DNA of 41,251 bases from Methanobacteriota archaeon (GTDB taxonomy: Archaea > Thermoplasmatota > Poseidoniia > Poseidoniales > Poseidoniaceae). How positions within the stretch are numbered: the stretch's first letter is position 1; the number at the start of each line of letters is the position of its first letter. Location of the stretch: assembly GCA_002715725.1 (NCBI GenBank), contig PAZU01000011.1:32963-74213 (forward strand). The letters run 5' to 3'. Positions 17,525 to 26,504 of the stretch are shown piece by piece. The notes beneath the pieces were generated by a model, which was not told the DNA's origin, made no database searches, and worked only from the letters and a program-made list of their open reading frames with translations. The translations under genes were made by a program, and so were the position numbers.

Positions 17525-20035
17525 TCAACCCTGACGCTCGCCAGGAAGCGGTTCATCATCGCTTCGAGGTTTTTTCTTTGCTTCTGTAGTAGAAATCAAT
17601 CTAACAGATTCAAGTATTCTTTCGACTAAAATTGGACCCCATCCTCTTCTAGATTTCAATTTGTCAAGTTCGGTATTGCTCATAGCTAAAAGGTCAGAAG
17701 GGGTGCGGATTCCCATCTCTGATAATGTTCTAGCACGATTTCGCCCTACATTTCTAACTTGAACTAACTGAAGTAAATCTTCCTTGCAACCTGCTCTAAC
17801 TCTGGCACGAGTTAGGTCTAGCATTCCTGCTAATTCTGCAACGTAGCCAAGATGCTCTTCAGCAAACAAATCGTCTCTAAGCAAAACTTCCCTTGCAGCA
17901 AGCAATAACCAGCCCATCAAATCTGTTCTTGAATAAACATCACCAGGAGTGACCCCCAATTCTTTCTCAATATCTCTTAGGTCTCTCTCTTCATACCAAA
18001 ATTCAGTACACCAAGCGCTTTTCACTAATCCCATTGCTCTTTCATCAATCGGACTTTCGATTAATAATTCATCTTCAACAAGTGCTGCCTTTTGCCTTAA
18101 CTTACTTCCAAATTCAAGTTCACTGGATTTAGGCCACAATGAGATAAAATCTGGGGTTGCAGCAACAAGGTGGCATAGACTGAAACTTGTAACTGGCAGA
18201 CTCTTTCTAACAATTCTTCTAACCGCTCTTCTCAAGCCATCTAAAAGAATGTCTGCAGATAATGGATCGATGTATAATTGGGCAACTCTTTCTCCCATAG
18301 GAGTCGCTTCGTACTCGTTGTCAAGTGCCTCAACATCGAATGATAATGAATCTCCAGCCGATATACTCGAAGCACGTTGAAAACCAAATGTTGCTTCAGT
18401 AGGTTCACGCGACTTTGATTTGGAAAAACTAACTCCTGATGCGGATTGTGCCGCATCTACCCATGAAGGAGTTTCATCATCCCAATTCTCTTCTAAATTG
18501 CCCACATTTGTTCTACGAACAAATCTCTTTTCAACTAGCCATTTTAGCATAGTGTCTATGTTTTCTTGTAAATATGAATTAGTTTGTGAGTGGCCCAAAT
18601 AAGTCCCTGCAAAGAAATCTCCAATCTTCTGTCTAGTCTTGAGACCTCCTGTGGCTATAGATGATAGAAGATGAAATCGCATGGCGGGCTCAGCAGCTAA
18701 TTTCGAAGAAATATCTTCAACAGGCCCGTGAATATATCTATCAGCAATTTCGTCAGCAACTTGCCTAGGATCACCACCTTTGCAAGCAAGCCAAGCTTCT
18801 CCTAACGGGTCATACCTTGGCCTACCGGCTCTACCCAACATCTGTCTGACTTCCATTACAGGAAGAAGTCTACTCATTCCGTCTTCGAATCTTTTCAAAT
18901 CTCGAATCAGCACCCTTCTTGCAGGCAGATTCACGCCTGCAGCGAGCGTAGGTGTTGCGCACAAACAATACAAAATCCGATTCTTGAATGCGTTCTCAAT
19001 CTCAGTTCTCTGAGCGTGTCTTAATCCTGCGTGATGGAATGCTACACCACCTTTGACACACTCGGCCAGGGTGTCACCCATCGCAGAATTTGAGTTTCGT
19101 GACAACTTCTCAGACAATTCCTTGAGTGCATGAAGAGCCTCAGGGTCGTGCTTGGAGAGATACTTATGCATCCTTTGCCCTAATTTCTTTGCTTCAGATT
19201 GCGCTGAGCGTCGTGCAGCAACGAAAACAAGTAATTGGCCTTCTTGTTCATACACATCACTTAATGCCGCCCAAGCGATGTGGCTTTTGGGACCTTCAAG
19301 GGTGCGTGGTGGGCCAAGGTTTGCTGACGTGCTTAACTCGCTCTGTTGTATCGCTCTTGGTTCCAAATCTAATTCAGCAAGAGTCGCATATTCCAGACTT
19401 ACAGGCCTCCAGTTTGAAACAATAAGTTCGCTTTCTAACCAATCTGCTAAGTCTTGTGAATTTCCAACTGTAGCGGAAAGTGTAATTATTTGCGCCTCAG
19501 GGAGCAAGTGTCTAATTCTAGCTAGATTTATCTCCATTGTTGGACCCCTGTGGCTATCGTTTACCAAATGGAATTCATCAGCAACAACCACTGAAACTCT
19601 TCTGAGAACTTCAGATTTTGATCTCATCAATGAGTCCAACTTCTCGCTAGTACATACCAAGATGTCACAATCGTCAATCTGTCTTGCTTCATTTGGAGCG
19701 TCACCAATCCCAAGACCTATTTTCAAACCTAAGCTTTCTCCAATCTGTTTGAGTTCTCCAAGTTTCTCTGATGCTAAAGCTTTCAATGGGACAATGTAAA
19801 TGCCCCGTGAACCTATATCTTTGACCATCAACTGATTGACTAAACCCATGAATGCAACCAAACTTTTCCCACTAGCAGTAGGGATACAAATCATGGTATT
19901 TCGACCCGATAGCACCGCAGGCATAGCTTCTGCTTGTGGCGGATGAAGCGTCTTTATTCCCCAATCATTCTCTATGAAATCAACGAAAGCTTGGGGCAAA
20001 CCGAGTCGTGATACTGCACGTTCCGGCTCACCCAT
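17525..20035 (-). CDS. hel308: Ski2-like SF2 DNA helicase Hel308
   Basis: PTASGKS, VPLKALA, DEFH, LSAT, FHHAGL, TPTLAAGVNLPA, QMLGRAGRP, LYIDP, HhH domain with RAR motif. Confidence 0.95.
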   Translation of the reverse strand: MGEPERAVSRLGLPQAFVDFIENDWGIKTLHPPQAEAMPAVLSGRNTMICIPTASGKSLVAFMGLVNQLMVKDIGSRGIYIVPLKALASEKLGELKQIGESLGLKIGLGIGDAPNEARQIDDCDILVCTSEKLDSLMRSKSEVLRRVSVVVADEFHLVNDSHRGPTMEINLARIRHLLPEAQIITLSATVGNSQDLADWLESELIVSNWRPVSLEYATLAELDLEPRAIQQSELSTSANLGPPRTLEGPKSHIAWAALSDVYEQEGQLLVFVAARRSAQSEAKKLGQRMHKYLSKHDPEALHALKELSEKLSRNSNSAMGDTLAECVKGGVAFHHAGLRHAQRTEIENAFKNRILYCLCATPTLAAGVNLPARRVLIRDLKRFEDGMSRLLPVMEVRQMLGRAGRPRYDPLGEAWLACKGGDPRQVADEIADRYIHGPVEDISSKLAAEPAMRFHLLSSIATGGLKTRQKIGDFFAGTYLGHSQTNSYLQENIDTMLKWLVEKRFVRRTNVGNLEENWDDETPSWVDAAQSASGVSFSKSKSREPTEATFGFQRASSISAGDSLSFDVEALDNEYEATPMGERVAQLYIDPLSADILLDGLRRAVRRIVRKSLPVTSFSLCHLVAATPDFISLWPKSSELEFGSKLRQKAALVEDELLIESPIDERAMGLVKSAWCTEFWYEERDLRDIEKELGVTPGDVYSRTDLMGWLLLAAREVLLRDDLFAEEHLGYVAELAGMLDLTRARVRAGCKEDLLQLVQVRNVGRNRARTLSEMGIRTPSDLLAMSNTELDKLKSRRGWGPILVERILESVRLISTTEAKKKPRSDDEPLPGERQG

Positions 20036-20119
20036 GAAGTGAAGTGATAGTCAATAGTCCAAAAGGTAAGCGATTGAACAGCCGACACCCTCAAGTCCTA
20101 TCTTGTGTGTGGATGTAAT

Positions 20120-20761
20120 ATGAGCAGTGACGATGCGACGGTCGATGAGCGACTTTCGGTGTTTGATGATGAGCCTGATTTGAACGACTGGTTCGAAGTC
20201 ATATGTGGTTCGTTGATGACCGTTATCGGAATATTCCAGTTAATCTCTCCTGGCAATCTAGTAGACCCAGATGTAATGCGATGGTTTGCTGCAGCAGTAA
20301 CCGTTTCTGGCCTTATGTGGGCCGCTCATGGATTGAAGGACATGGCTATCAAGGAAGTTAGAAAATCGATTGTGATTTTAGAAATGGGTTCCAAGCAAGG
20401 AAGCGTAGATTACGGTTTAATTCGTGATGTTATTCTAAACTCAGAAGCATACACTGAATTCCTAGTCAAGGAATACGAGAATGCATATGCTGATGGCGTA
20501 ATCACCGACAAAGAACTCGAGGAATTAAAGGCGATTCAAACTGCACTAGGAATTAGTGACGAAGATGCTGCAAAGATGGCGGTTAGAAGTGCAGTTAAAT
20601 CCGCATTGGCTGATGGTAAGGTCAGCGATGAGGAAAGAGAAATGATTGAAAACGCTGCTAAAGGGCTTTCAAAGACGAAGAAGAATAAACTAGCAAAAGC
20701 ATTGGACAGTGGAGAAATCACAGAAGAAGTGGAAAAGATTCTACAATCTCTAGAAGATTAA
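20120..20761 (+). CDS. Membrane protein with two TM helices and C-terminal TerB-like repeats
   Basis: Two hydrophobic helices, then AYADGVITDKELEEL, ALADGKVSDEEREMI and ALDSGEITEE repeats (TerB-type ADG.I...E). Confidence 0.7.
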   Translation: MSSDDATVDERLSVFDDEPDLNDWFEVICGSLMTVIGIFQLISPGNLVDPDVMRWFAAAVTVSGLMWAAHGLKDMAIKEVRKSIVILEMGSKQGSVDYGLIRDVILNSEAYTEFLVKEYENAYADGVITDKELEELKAIQTALGISDEDAAKMAVRSAVKSALADGKVSDEEREMIENAAKGLSKTKKNKLAKALDSGEITEEVEKILQSLED

Positions 20762-22776
20762 TTCCACTTGTTATCTGCAGCGAATTGCTGCAAAATACTC
20801 TTGGCTCTAGTTCGGCGTTTAGTTTCAATTACTATTCCTAAAACCACTAACGAGATACCAGCAATAACCCAAAGGTATTGAGATTCCAGTAGCGGAGAAG
20901 ACGGTTGTACTGATTCCGAAGAATAAAGCAAATTGTGATTAATTTCATTATCGATTAGAATTCTAAATTCTAAATCATCCTTGATACCATCCAACATTGT
21001 TATTGAGATTAGATTGGGATACAGATTTTCTTGCATCAGCCTCCATCTTCCCTCTGGTATATCGATTGGCCTAGTCCCCCAAGTTGGGTCTTTAATCAAA
21101 CCAAGACTTCCAGAACTAACCATCTCTGTTTTGAAATGAATTACATTTGAATCAGGGATCTCATCGACTACTAGTAAAGCCTCTAACATCAATAAATCAA
21201 GCATTAGAGTTCTTGCTGCGAGTAGGATGAAAGATCTCGAATGTGAATCTAATAAATCATCAACAGGATTCACAGCAGACTTTTCAGCTACTTTATTGAA
21301 TATTAGTGCTTCAAAGTCAAGCTCATAAAATGCCGGTATGTGTAATTGCCACCTACCGTCATCAAGCGGCCAAGCCGAATCTGCAACCAATCGTAAGGAA
21401 AGTGTCTCTCCATCAAGCATACCAAATGTGGAGCCTACGTGTAGCGCACGTGAAGATGCAGGTGTATTTGGATGAGAAGCGTGCCATAATTGGTCTAATC
21501 TCGAATCGATTAATTCATCTAGATTTTTCTCTTCCGTTGATTGCACTTCGCCACTAATTGCCCAAAGTGGAGAAACTACTCCTCCTAAAATTAGTATCAG
21601 TACACCCGGTACAAATATTCCATAGCGTACCGATTTAGACGTAGTATTATTTCTAAATTCAATTACTAATCCAACTAAAATTGCCAATGAAAGAATAAGA
21701 GCCATCAAGTCGGAGGTTGCACTCAAATCTTGCGACCCATAATTATCGGCCTTCATCCCATATCCTTGCCATTGCCAAGTGGAATAATCGAACTCTTCTG
21801 GAGAGGTTGGACCTAGTCCTTCGAATGCGATTAGGCCTGCCCACTGATAGGGCTGGAAAGCGTTCAACCTACCGCCTATACAGAAATCATATTCTCCTAC
21901 TGGCAAGGCACGCCATTGCCAAGTCATCTTTGTTTTTCCATTGGTGACCTCTGTTTCTAAATCAGGGATTGGAGCCATTCTGTTGTCAGGCATAATCAAA
22001 TCAGGTCGCCCATGCGTTTGTTCAATCTCCGATGGAACTTCTTCCCATTCTATTGTAATGCGCAATATCTCATGATTATCTACTTCAAAAGTCCAACAGT
22101 CCCAATCATCTTCTACCAGGGCTCCATAATGAATGGTTTCCAAATCTGTCGCTCTTGGAGAAGCATATGATGATGGTTCATCAACATCTCTAGAATCAAC
22201 ATCTTCAGACCATATTATGTCCAATAGCATGTAGGAAGCACCTCTCAGGTTTAATTGCCAATTACCAGGTCTTTCAACCTCGAATTGCAGCAATATTCTG
22301 ATCTCTTCATCAGGCCAAAGTAGCCTATCTCCGCCATGGTTTAGAGGTTCATTTTCTACAGAATAAGGGCCTTGCATCCCATCTGCAGGATTAGAATCTC
22401 CTTCAAATTCAATCACCGTGGTGGATTGTGCAATTATTATTGTGACTTTCAAATCCGGTCTTGATAATCCGATAACATCATCTTGATATCTCAAATCTAT
22501 TTCCAATTCATCTATATTATCTGGAATTAATGCAATTTCACTTTGCTGAGGCATCATAGGCAATTCTAAGAAAATAGTTTCAGGAGTTAAAGGAGTTGCA
22601 GAATTTACAGTTCCGCTAATACTAGCCTCACCTGTGTGGAATTCAGTCAGTGAACAATCGTTGACATCATCACAAGAGAACCATAGTTCACCTCCACCTT
22701 CTTCAGAATCAATTGCTGCCATTGCGAGAGGTGATGAAATGATGCAGAGCAGCAAGATAGCAACCGCTCTGCGCAT
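20758..22776 (-). CDS. Hypothetical secreted / multi-pass membrane protein
   Basis: Signal peptide MRRAVAILLLCIISSPLAMA, beta-rich acidic ectodomain (PPC-like DDWDCWTFEV), central TM pair, C-terminal TM. Confidence 0.75.
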   Translation of the reverse strand: MRRAVAILLLCIISSPLAMAAIDSEEGGGELWFSCDDVNDCSLTEFHTGEASISGTVNSATPLTPETIFLELPMMPQQSEIALIPDNIDELEIDLRYQDDVIGLSRPDLKVTIIIAQSTTVIEFEGDSNPADGMQGPYSVENEPLNHGGDRLLWPDEEIRILLQFEVERPGNWQLNLRGASYMLLDIIWSEDVDSRDVDEPSSYASPRATDLETIHYGALVEDDWDCWTFEVDNHEILRITIEWEEVPSEIEQTHGRPDLIMPDNRMAPIPDLETEVTNGKTKMTWQWRALPVGEYDFCIGGRLNAFQPYQWAGLIAFEGLGPTSPEEFDYSTWQWQGYGMKADNYGSQDLSATSDLMALILSLAILVGLVIEFRNNTTSKSVRYGIFVPGVLILILGGVVSPLWAISGEVQSTEEKNLDELIDSRLDQLWHASHPNTPASSRALHVGSTFGMLDGETLSLRLVADSAWPLDDGRWQLHIPAFYELDFEALIFNKVAEKSAVNPVDDLLDSHSRSFILLAARTLMLDLLMLEALLVVDEIPDSNVIHFKTEMVSSGSLGLIKDPTWGTRPIDIPEGRWRLMQENLYPNLISITMLDGIKDDLEFRILIDNEINHNLLYSSESVQPSSPLLESQYLWVIAGISLVVLGIVIETKRRTRAKSILQQFAADNKWN

Positions 22777-22801
22777 AAGTTGCTGTTCGAATTAGCACTA
22801 A

Positions 22802-23341
22802 TCACTGTGCCGGATTATTGGGCACATCTTCCAACACAGTTCTACATGTTCGACAAAGATAACGTCCTTTGCCAGGTTTTTGGCGAGGATATTCCTTTTC
22901 ACAAGTCGTACAAACCCATAACCAACTTGCTCTTTCTTTACGCAACATTTCTGTGAATCCAGATCCCATTTTTGATGATTCTTGACTTGGCCACAAATTT
23001 TCTAGTGAACGGAATGTCGAATCGTGAGCAGTATAACCCAAAGCATGAACGAATTCGTGATGTAAAACCCAAGCTGCATATGGCATCCATTCTGTTGTTA
23101 ACAAACGTGGATGTAAATCGATAACTTCAACCTGTTCTGGAGTTGAAGGAGTTAGAACACCTCTTTTCCATCTTGTTACTCCATGACGCTGAGTAGCATT
23201 CTTTCTAAGCACGCCTAAATCAATTTCAGTAAGTTTAGTGAGTTCATGCTCACTCCAAACTTCCATAGCCATCATAACTTCGAGAACGAACTCACGTAAA
23301 TGATTTAATTCTTCTAACTGAATCTGTGACGGCTTGACCAT
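22802..23341 (-). CDS. SprT-like zinc metalloprotease with C-terminal zinc ribbon
   Basis: IDLHPRL, VLHHEFVH...AHDSTF, CTTC...CRTC. Confidence 0.8.
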   Translation of the reverse strand: MVKPSQIQLEELNHLREFVLEVMMAMEVWSEHELTKLTEIDLGVLRKNATQRHGVTRWKRGVLTPSTPEQVEVIDLHPRLLTTEWMPYAAWVLHHEFVHALGYTAHDSTFRSLENLWPSQESSKMGSGFTEMLRKERASWLWVCTTCEKEYPRQKPGKGRYLCRTCRTVLEDVPNNPAQ

Positions 23342-23806
23342 TCATGACCACCGATGATATGCAGGATGTCCTTCCTTAACTGCTACAAACAATCCCTTTC
23401 CAGTCGCACATACTTTTCCTTCTGCAGACAGAGTCATTTTGATGCTAGCTCTATCATCTTGTAAATCTTCAACTTCGGCAAGAACATGCAACTCGACTCC
23501 TGCAGGGGTTGGCCTTCTCAAAGATATCGAGTATGTTGCAGTTACAGTACATGGAGGCTCATCCAGCCCTGATGCATCCATAAGCGCTATCGCAGCAGCC
23601 CAGTTTCCGTGACAATCTAGCAAACTTCCAATAATCCCTCCATTGATCATACCTGGAAATGCTTGATGCTCTTCGGATGGCATAAAGCGCATTTCCAGCC
23701 CTTCCTTGCATCTGTGTGAATCAATTTGTAGACCCTTTTCATTAGCAGGCCCACAACCGAAGCAAATCGAAGTTGGGGCGTATTGTCTCTGAACTCCGTG
23801 TCCCAT
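23342..23806 (-). CDS. PaaI-family hotdog thioesterase
   Basis: CFGCGPANEKGL, HQAFPGMINGGIIGSLLDCH, VTA...RPTP. Confidence 0.88.
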   Translation of the reverse strand: MGHGVQRQYAPTSICFGCGPANEKGLQIDSHRCKEGLEMRFMPSEEHQAFPGMINGGIIGSLLDCHGNWAAAIALMDASGLDEPPCTVTATYSISLRRPTPAGVELHVLAEVEDLQDDRASIKMTLSAEGKVCATGKGLFVAVKEGHPAYHRWS

Positions 23807-23881
23807 GAGACATGACTGAGAGAGGGGGTTGATTTGCTATTCGCATCCATCACCTTATTTCCTGTTTGATTATGGGCAAAC

Positions 23882-25177
23882 ATGGCCGGGAAGAAGCGAC
23901 GGATACGCGTCGCTAACGAACTTCCTAAAATTAGGCGTCTAGCAATCAAAAAGGCGCTAGACGAACATGAATCAGGAGGGAGACCTGATTGGGACCGTTC
24001 TTCAGATTGGAAAGACATTCGATTTTTGAGAAAACGAATCAAAACTGGCGAAATGCGTACTGTTCACATGCCTCTACTAGATGTAGACATGGGGGATTCA
24101 TGGCCAATTCCAATTATTGTATTCCATGGGAAAAGACCAGGCCCTGTTGTAACAATCATTGGAGCAACTCATGGAGACGAGTTAACTGGACCGAGCGCAT
24201 GTACAAACCTTTTATCTTCAAAATTTACAGAACCTGGAGGAGCATTGGATCCACAATCAATGGCTGGTACAGTAAGAATTGTTCCAGTTCTAAACCTACC
24301 TGGTTACAGATCAAAAACGCGGTACTTCCCAGATGGTAGGGACCTGAATAGAGCATTTCCCGGACTAGCAAAGGGAAGTACAACATCTAGAGTTGCTAAC
24401 ATGGTAAAGAAAAATCTCATCGATGATTCTGATGTGATTATCGATTTACATAGCGCTGCAACAGGAAGGTCGAATATGCCTCAAATTCGAGGAGACTTAT
24501 CTCATCCGGAATCTTATCTACTTGCTAAAGCGTTTGGAATTGAAGTCATCCTAGATAGTAAGCCCCCAAAAGGCAGTTTACGTCGAGTTGCAAACCAAAT
24601 GGATATCGCTGCTGTAACCTATGAAGGCGGAGGTGCAAACAGACTTGAACAGACCGCTGTTAAAGTGGCAGTACACGGATGCCTCAATGTACTAAAGGCT
24701 CTGAAAGTTATTCCAAAGAATCCTAGTCGTCCAAGATTTAGATTGAATGCGGGAGGCTCAACATGGCTTAGATCAGGCGAAGGTGGGCTCCTGGATATGT
24801 TTGTTGGACCGGGAAGTATAGTCACCAAAGGAGATGTCGTTGCAACAATATCAGACCCTGGTGCGCCCGGATTGTCAGTAGATATCGTCGCCCCTGAAAA
24901 TGGATTAATGATTTGCACCGCTACAAATCCATTCGTCACTGCTGGAACACCTGTTGGTCATTTCCTTCCAGTAACCAAACATATTGAACTGCTGAAGACT
25001 CAAATGGATGACAGAGGAATTTTGATTGTAAATGGTAGCCAAGGTGATGCGATTTGGCGCGAGGAAGAGGAAATGGTCGAAATCAAGGTCGAAGGTGATT
25101 GGTCCGGAGGCTCTGTTGACGCCGAATGGAACCAAATTAATACTGAAGAAACCGAACAGGAAGAAGCAGATCCCTGA
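23882..25177 (+). CDS. Succinylglutamate desuccinylase / aspartoacylase family (M14) protein
   Basis: HGDE, DLNRAFPG, IDLHS, TYEGG and a C-terminal barrel-sandwich domain (GGLL...V.KGD...APENG). Confidence 0.9.
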   Translation: MAGKKRRIRVANELPKIRRLAIKKALDEHESGGRPDWDRSSDWKDIRFLRKRIKTGEMRTVHMPLLDVDMGDSWPIPIIVFHGKRPGPVVTIIGATHGDELTGPSACTNLLSSKFTEPGGALDPQSMAGTVRIVPVLNLPGYRSKTRYFPDGRDLNRAFPGLAKGSTTSRVANMVKKNLIDDSDVIIDLHSAATGRSNMPQIRGDLSHPESYLLAKAFGIEVILDSKPPKGSLRRVANQMDIAAVTYEGGGANRLEQTAVKVAVHGCLNVLKALKVIPKNPSRPRFRLNAGGSTWLRSGEGGLLDMFVGPGSIVTKGDVVATISDPGAPGLSVDIVAPENGLMICTATNPFVTAGTPVGHFLPVTKHIELLKTQMDDRGILIVNGSQGDAIWREEEEMVEIKVEGDWSGGSVDAEWNQINTEETEQEEADP

Positions 25178-26431
25178 CTATGATTGGAATTCTGCAATCG
25201 CTGCCTTAACTTCATGCTCTTCCATATTTCTTGGTTGACTCTTTGCAACTTCAAACAGGTGGGCTACTAATTCATCAGTAGCTTCCATACCATTACTTTC
25301 TAACCAGTGAATGATGTTTGAACGTCCAGACATGTGTCCAATTCTAATCACTTGTTCTAAACCGAAATCTCCAGCAGGTACTCCGCTGTATACCCTATCT
25401 GCTAACCACATGTCTCCCTTACGAATGGCTTTGATTACAGCACTGGCATGAACTCCTGTGCCTGTTTCAAAAGCATCTTGTCCGAAAACAGGATAGTTTC
25501 TAGGCAGTGGAACCTTGATGTATTCATTGGCTTTCTGAACATATTCGCTCAAAAGAGATAGATCGTTGTTGATTATTCCCATCAGTGAGAGATTAACTAG
25601 AGTCTGATCTAAAGGAGCATTTCCTGCTCTCTCTCCAACTCCAAGGGCTGTACCGTGGATTACATCTGCACCAGCTTCAACCGCTGCTAGATTATTTGCA
25701 ACACCTAGGCCACGATCCTGGTGTCCGTGCCAATTAACTTCGATATCACTACGCTTGTATCCTGCATCTTTGATTACTTCCTCATCTATGAATGAAAGCA
25801 ATTGCTTAACTCCATTTGGAGTGACGTGTCCGCATGTATCGCAAACACACAGTCTTCTGACACCTAATTCCATCGCTCTTTGATAGATTAATTTCACATC
25901 TTCGGGCTTAGAGCGAGTTGTATCCTCTGTAACAAACATTACAGGAATGTCATTATCTACAGCATATGAAACGGCTTTTTCCATGGTTGAAACCAGTTTA
26001 TCCATTGTCCAACCTTCTGTAAATTGACGAATTGGGCTTGTCCCAAGGAAAGCACTTGCTTGAATTTGCATTTCGTGCTTAGATTGTAAATCTACCAATG
26101 GTTCAATATCATTCATCAGAGTTCTTACTGCAGCACCGGGGCGGATTTGGAAATCATTTTCTCTGATATGAGAAAGCATTGCATCGATATGCTCCAGATG
26201 GAATGGTCCAGCGCCTGGAAGACCCAAATCGACCTTTTGAACACCTAACTTTTCCATGTAAGTTAGCAACTCAATCTTCTGGTCGATGGATGGATTTAGC
26301 GCACTTGGACTTTGTAGGCCATCGCGCAATGTCTCATCATCAAACCAAACATCGTGAGGGTGGTTTGCAGAATCTCTTGAATATTCATAATCGACAATAT
26401 TCCAGTCGTATATCAGATTCTGCTCGTCCAT
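25178..26431 (-). CDS. 2-isopropylmalate synthase / homocitrate synthase family (DRE-TIM), short form
   Basis: DETLRDGLQ, EDTTR, CDTCG, HGHQDRGLGVAN, GVGERAGNA, GVHASA. ATG 26431 preceded by GGTGA. No C-terminal regulatory domain. Confidence 0.88.
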   Translation of the reverse strand: MDEQNLIYDWNIVDYEYSRDSANHPHDVWFDDETLRDGLQSPSALNPSIDQKIELLTYMEKLGVQKVDLGLPGAGPFHLEHIDAMLSHIRENDFQIRPGAAVRTLMNDIEPLVDLQSKHEMQIQASAFLGTSPIRQFTEGWTMDKLVSTMEKAVSYAVDNDIPVMFVTEDTTRSKPEDVKLIYQRAMELGVRRLCVCDTCGHVTPNGVKQLLSFIDEEVIKDAGYKRSDIEVNWHGHQDRGLGVANNLAAVEAGADVIHGTALGVGERAGNAPLDQTLVNLSLMGIINNDLSLLSEYVQKANEYIKVPLPRNYPVFGQDAFETGTGVHASAVIKAIRKGDMWLADRVYSGVPAGDFGLEQVIRIGHMSGRSNIIHWLESNGMEATDELVAHLFEVAKSQPRNMEEHEVKAAIAEFQS

Positions 26432-26504
26432 GGAATCACCATTTAGACACTCGGTCTTGTCTTTGAGAAGGGCTTTCAGTGTTTGAATGCGTCGGATAGA
26501 CGAA

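Noticed and set aside
19152-19799. 215-aa plus-strand ORF, and the many other short nested ORFs in the track
   Set aside because: Entirely antisense to or nested in well-supported genes such as hel308, with no independent evidence.
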